DNA from: Flavobacteriales bacterium
GTDB lineage: Bacteria; Bacteroidota; Bacteroidia; Flavobacteriales_C; GCA-002722245
Length of the DNA stretch: 64,000 bases
NCBI GenBank assembly: GCA_023251075.1
Contig: JAHEZM010000001.1
Location: forward strand, 65,676 to 129,675
Direction of reading: 5' to 3'
The position numbers and the translations under genes were made by a program. The notes below the pieces were generated by a model, which saw only the letters and a program-made list of their open reading frames with translations, had not been told where the DNA came from and ran no database searches. Positions 60,209-64,000 of the stretch are shown in pieces (position 1 is the stretch's first letter; the number at the start of each line of letters is the position of its first letter).

Positions 60209-61006
60209 ATGAGAAAACTATACACGATCATTCTTGTTTGCAATACACTGATAGCATTGTCTCAAGACAAAAAAATAAAAACAGAAGAAAGAACTTTTCT
60301 CAACAAGGAAAATAAAATTACGGGATTCCAACTAGTCGAATACGATGCAGCCGGACGAATAATTTCATCTAAATATTTCAATGGGAATAAAACACTTGAA
60401 TCGTCTGCTATACATGAATTTGATGAAAATGGTAATCCCAGCAAAGAGATAAATTACGACTCTGAAGGAAAAATAGAAGATTTCTGGAATCATTACCCCG
60501 ATCAAAATGGAAATGATACATTACTTAAATACGGTTTTCCAAAAAGAAATGAATACTATTTTGAAAAATATAAAAACACCTATGATAAAGAAAACAAACT
60601 AATCAAAGAAGAACGTTGTCAGAACAATGACACCGTTAATTTCGTCTATGTATTTTCATACAATACAAAAGGCGAAAAAACATCAATGTTATCATACCTT
60701 TATGAAGAGCCTAGTGAAGATTTCTATTACGCTTATGATAACAAAGGAAGGCTTATCGAAGAAAAATTATTTTCACCTGATGATGAAGGTAAACAAGAAA
60801 TAAACACTATTTGGCAATACGAATATGCTGATGACAATTTATTAGTGAAAGAAACAGTTTCTTCACTAGCCTCCTATTTAGAAGAAAAAACAGTCAACAT
60901 TTATACTCATCAATATAAGAAAAAGAAAAAATTGGTTATTGAAGAAACAGAACTAAAAAACAATGTAGTTGAAGAGAAAACCAAATACAAATACACTTTC
61001 TACTAA
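60209..61006 (+). CDS. Small secreted protein with YD/RHS-like repeats
   Basis: 265 aa with a signal peptide. It carries repeated YDxxG(R/K)(I/L) units (YDAAGRIISS, YDSEGKIED, YDKENKLIKE, YNTKGEKTSM, YDNKGRLIEE). Confidence 0.65.
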   Translation: MRKLYTIILVCNTLIALSQDKKIKTEERTFLNKENKITGFQLVEYDAAGRIISSKYFNGNKTLESSAIHEFDENGNPSKEINYDSEGKIEDFWNHYPDQNGNDTLLKYGFPKRNEYYFEKYKNTYDKENKLIKEERCQNNDTVNFVYVFSYNTKGEKTSMLSYLYEEPSEDFYYAYDNKGRLIEEKLFSPDDEGKQEINTIWQYEYADDNLLVKETVSSLASYLEEKTVNIYTHQYKKKKKLVIEETELKNNVVEEKTKYKYTFY

Positions 61007-61020
61007 AAGTGCATCTATTT

Positions 61021-61051
61021 TTTGCAAAACAAATTTAATCTCCTACATTTG
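61021..61051 (+). promoter_or_regulatory. his operon promoter (TTTG -33-like box and TAcaTTTG -7 box)
   Basis: TTTG lies at 61021..61024 and TAcaTTTG at 61044..61051, with a ~19-nt spacer. The leader ATG is 20 nt downstream. Confidence 0.5.
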
Positions 61052-61070
61052 TCGCATAACAAATAATAAA

Positions 61071-61118
61071 ATGAATTTAACTATACACCATCATCACCAT
61101 AACAACACTTGCCAATAG
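61071..61118 (+). CDS. hisL: his operon leader peptide (MNLTIHHHHHNNTCQ)
   Basis: This 15-codon ORF has five consecutive His codons (61086..61100) directly upstream of a terminator and hisG. Confidence 0.75.
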   Translation: MNLTIHHHHHNNTCQ

Positions 61119-61153
61119 GTGAGCGCGATGATGCTGTAATACAATAATAAAGC

Positions 61154-61183
61154 AAAAGCCCGCCTATTTCGGCGGGTTTTTGC
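61154..61183 (+). terminator. his attenuator terminator hairpin
   Basis: The stem aaaagcccgcc/ggcgggtttt has a 6-nt loop and a T run. It lies 45 nt upstream of the hisG ATG. Confidence 0.7.
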
Positions 61184-61226
61184 ATTTTAAACATCGAACT
61201 TTGAAAATTAAACATTGAACTAAATA

Positions 61227-62084
61227 ATGGAAACTTTAAAAATTGCAGTACAAAAATCAGGAAGACTCTTAGAGGACTCTATTCAATTGCTGAAAGAGTG
61301 CGGCATCAAAGTAGATAATGGAAAAGATCAGTTGAAAGCAACTGCCACCAACTTCCCGCTTGAAGTACTTTACTTAAGAAATTCAGATATTCCTCAATAT
61401 CTTGCTGATGGCGTTGCCGATATCTCTATCATTGGTGAAAACACCTTGATTGAAAAAGAAAAGGATTTGGTAAACCTTCGCAAGCTAGGCTTCTCGAAAT
61501 GCCGATTGTCATTGGCTGTTCCTAAAGAGATCGATTACCCGGGCTTACAATGGTTTCAAAACAAAAAAGTAGCAACCTCCTACCCTAATACTGTTAACGC
61601 CTTCTTCAAAGAAAAAGGAATCAATGCAGATATACATGTTATTTCAGGTTCGGTGGAAATTGCTCCGAACATTGGATTGGCCGACGGGATCAGCGACTTG
61701 GTAAGCAGCGGAAGCACACTTTTCAAAAACGGATTGAAAGAAGTGGAAGTGATGCTAAAAAGTGAAGCGGTAATAGCTTCTAACAAAAACTTAAGCGCCA
61801 GAAAAAAAGAAATTTTAGAAAAATTATTGTTCAGAGTTGATGCGGTGATGGCGGCAAAAAACAACAAATATGTGTTGTTGAATGCACCTAACGATAAGAT
61901 TGATGAGATTATTAAAATCCTTCCAGGAATGAAATCTCCAACGGTAATGCCTTTGGCTGCTTCGGGCTGGAGCTCTGTTCATACTGTAATTACAGAAAGT
62001 GATTTCTGGAATATTATCGATCAGTTGAAAGCAACTGGTGCGCAGGGAATATTGATTGTACCTATTGAGAAAATGGTTATCTAA
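61227..62084 (+). CDS. hisG: ATP phosphoribosyltransferase (long form)
   Basis: The N-terminus LKIAVQKSGRLLEDSIQLLKECGIK is typical. At 285 aa it includes the C-terminal regulatory domain. Confidence 0.9.
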   Translation: METLKIAVQKSGRLLEDSIQLLKECGIKVDNGKDQLKATATNFPLEVLYLRNSDIPQYLADGVADISIIGENTLIEKEKDLVNLRKLGFSKCRLSLAVPKEIDYPGLQWFQNKKVATSYPNTVNAFFKEKGINADIHVISGSVEIAPNIGLADGISDLVSSGSTLFKNGLKEVEVMLKSEAVIASNKNLSARKKEILEKLLFRVDAVMAAKNNKYVLLNAPNDKIDEIIKILPGMKSPTVMPLAASGWSSVHTVITESDFWNIIDQLKATGAQGILIVPIEKMVI

Positions 62085-62187
62085 CACACTCCGTTCGTCA
62101 TTGCGAGATTTTTGTACCCAAAAATGAAGCAATCTCATCATAAAAAGGAGATTGCTTCAGAGTACCTCGCAAGGACGAACTAAGTGG
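62085..62187. repeat. Palindromic intergenic element, copy B (long arm - loop - short arm)
   Basis: The long arm is 62096..62136 and the short arm 62148..62177. The outer stem is gttcgtcattgcgag/ctcgcaaggacgaac and the inner stem gaagcaatctc/gagattgcttc. Confidence 0.85.
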
Positions 62188-62200
62188 AAAAAATACGAAG

Positions 62201-63481
62201 ATGAAAACATTTATAAATCCAGCTAAAGAAACCTGGAACGACATACTAAAGCGCCCTACCCAAACCAAAGCAAATTTGGAAAAAGTGGTGGCTGAAGTAT
62301 TTTCTAAAATACAAGATGAAGGTGACAAAGCGCTTTTAGAATTCACGGCCAAATTTGATGGGTGCAACTTAAGCTCTATCAAAGTTTCTAAAACAGAGAT
62401 CGAAGAAGCGATCGCTTTGGTTCCAGATAAATTGAAATCATCTATTGAAAAAGCAGCACGTAACATTAGTAAGTTTCACGAAAATCAACTGGTGGTTGAA
62501 GCGCCAGTTAAAATATCCAACGGTATTGATTGCTGGAGAAAAACTACGGCTATTGAGAAAGTGGGATTGTACATTCCAGGTGGCTCTGCTCCTCTTTTCT
62601 CTACTGTTTTAATGTTATCAATTCCCGCTAAAATTGCAGGATGCAAAGAAATGGTAATGTGTTCTCCTCCCAACAAAGAAGGAAAAATTCATCCTGCTAT
62701 TTTGTTTGCTGCCGATTTGTGTGGCATCACCGAAATTTACAAATTGGGCGGTACACAGGCAATTGGCGCAATGACCTATGGAACAGAAACTGTAAAACAA
62801 GTTTATAAGATATTCGGTCCGGGCAACCAATATGTTACCGCTGCCAAACAATATGCAACTATGGAAGGCGTGGCGATTGATATGCCAGCCGGACCATCAG
62901 AAGTTTTAGTTTTTGCAGATGATTCAGGGAATGCTTCTTTCATCGCTGCCGACTTATTATCACAAGCAGAACACGGTGCCGACAGTCAGGTTGTTTTTGT
63001 TACTACACAAGAAAATATGATTGTAGAAGTGAAAGCAGAAGTTGAAAAACAATTGAACGATTTACCTCGAAAAGAGATCGCTGCAAAAGCATTGAACAAC
63101 TCAATCTTGATTTGTGTGGAAGATGTTTACCAAGCTTTGGCTTTAATCAATGAGTATGCTCCGGAACACTTGATTTTACAAAGTAGAGAAGAAGCTTTCT
63201 TTGTAGATAGAATTGTAAATGCTGGTTCTGTTTTCTTAGGAAATTACACTCCCGAAAGTGCCGGAGATTACGCTTCTGGAACGAATCATACTTTACCTAC
63301 CAACGGTTATGCTCGCGCATACAGTGGCGTATCGGTAGATTCATTTGTGAAGAAAATCACCTTCCAAAGAATTACACAAGATGGTTTAAAAGAGTTAGGT
63401 AACGTGATTGAAATTATGGCCGAAGCAGAAGAATTAATGGCACATAAAAATGCGGTGACTATCAGATTAAAAAGAGAATAA
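62201..63481 (+). CDS. hisD: Histidinol dehydrogenase
   Basis: 426 aa with the motifs QAEHGADSQ and GDYASGTNHTLPT. Confidence 0.92.
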   Translation: MKTFINPAKETWNDILKRPTQTKANLEKVVAEVFSKIQDEGDKALLEFTAKFDGCNLSSIKVSKTEIEEAIALVPDKLKSSIEKAARNISKFHENQLVVEAPVKISNGIDCWRKTTAIEKVGLYIPGGSAPLFSTVLMLSIPAKIAGCKEMVMCSPPNKEGKIHPAILFAADLCGITEIYKLGGTQAIGAMTYGTETVKQVYKIFGPGNQYVTAAKQYATMEGVAIDMPAGPSEVLVFADDSGNASFIAADLLSQAEHGADSQVVFVTTQENMIVEVKAEVEKQLNDLPRKEIAAKALNNSILICVEDVYQALALINEYAPEHLILQSREEAFFVDRIVNAGSVFLGNYTPESAGDYASGTNHTLPTNGYARAYSGVSVDSFVKKITFQRITQDGLKELGNVIEIMAEAEELMAHKNAVTIRLKRE

Positions 63482-63487
63482 CACACA

Positions 63488-63580
63488 CAGTACGTCATTG
63501 CGAGGTACTCCGAAGCAAACTCCTTTTGGATGATGAGATTGCTTCATTTTTGGGTACAAAAATCTCACAAAGACGTACTG
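63488..63580. repeat. Palindromic intergenic element, copy C (short arm - loop - long arm; inverted relative to copy B)
   Basis: The short arm is 63493..63522. The long arm 63535..63575 is 39/41 identical to the reverse complement of the copy B long arm. Confidence 0.85.
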
Positions 63581-63596
63581 GGTTAAATTAAATAGT

Positions 63597-64000
63597 ATGA
63601 GTTTCGATTTAAACAAAATATTGCGCCCCAACATCAAAGCGCTAACCCCCTACTCCTCTGCCAGAGATGAATTCTCGGGCGAAGCGAGCATTTATTTGGA
63701 TGCGAATGAAAATCCGTTCAATACCGGACACAACCGCTATCCCGACCCCATGCAATGGGAGGTGAAAAAGAAATGGGCGGCGATTAAAAATATCGACAAA
63801 GAAAATATTCTTTTCGGTAACGGGAGCGACGAAGTAATCGATTTAATCATTCGTGCTTTTTGTGAACCTAAAGAAGACAATGTTATCATACTTCCTCCTA
63901 CTTATGGTATGTATGAAGTGTACAGCAACATTAACAATGTTGAAATAAAAAAGGTGTCGCTAACAAATGATTTCCAGTTAAATGTCCCTGCAATTTTAAA
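63597..64000 (+). CDS. hisC: Histidinol-phosphate aminotransferase (5' part, runs off the window)
   Basis: My own translation from the ATG at 63597 gives MSFDLNKILRPNIKALTPYSSARDEF...IYLDANENPF...RYPDP...GNGSDEVIDL. There is no stop before the window end. This ORF is not in the supplied track because it is open-ended. Confidence 0.85.
   Translation, partial: MSFDLNKILRPNIKALTPYSSARDEFSGEASIYLDANENPFNTGHNRYPDPMQWEVKKKWAAIKNIDKENILFGNGSDEVIDLIIRAFCEPKEDNVIILPPTYGMYEVYSNINNVEIKKVSLTNDFQLNVPAIL

Noticed and set aside
62098-62466. The ORFs 62098..62466 (-), 61824..62141 (-) and 17329..17517 (+), with peptides such as ..YDEIASFLGTKISQ.
   Set aside because: They are read-through of the palindromic intergenic elements plus antisense of hisD, hisG and the Pif1-like helicase gene. 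They are artefacts of the repeat.

Overview
This is a low-GC chromosomal segment that looks like a Bacteroidota (Flavobacteriia-like) genome. Four predicted T9SS cargo proteins are present, two with type A and two with type B C-terminal sorting domains. TAnnTTTG -7 promoter boxes sit 5-25 nt upstream of many start codons, there are no obvious Shine-Dalgarno sequences, and the operons are tightly packed with ATGA/TAATG/GTGA start-stop overlaps. I support about 50 protein genes, nearly all housekeeping or cell-envelope. They include glmM, a cysteine desulfurase, a pseudouridine synthase, an ABC/FtsX pair, a Pif1-like helicase, an ABC-F ATPase and two DEAD-box helicases. Also present are a GH3 beta-glucosidase, gmhB, a rhomboid protease, mnmE, selO and the start of a his operon (leader-hisG-hisD-hisC'). 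I saw no rRNA, tRNA, CRISPR array, transposase, integrase or recognisable defence island, so I cannot honestly name a new multi-gene system here. The most unusual signals are non-coding. (1) A classic five-His leader peptide plus terminator lies upstream of hisG. (2) A family of 93-140 bp palindromic intergenic elements has three copies. Two inverted copies bracket hisD inside the operon, and a third has perfect 43-bp arms between convergent genes. Secondary observations are a dihydroorotase homologue with most catalytic ligands replaced, an RGG-rich tail on a DEAD-box helicase, TTG starts on both helicase paralogues, promoter geometry implying near-leaderless mRNAs, and an ABC ATPase with degenerate catalytic motifs. 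All family assignments come from motif recognition by eye. No database search was run.
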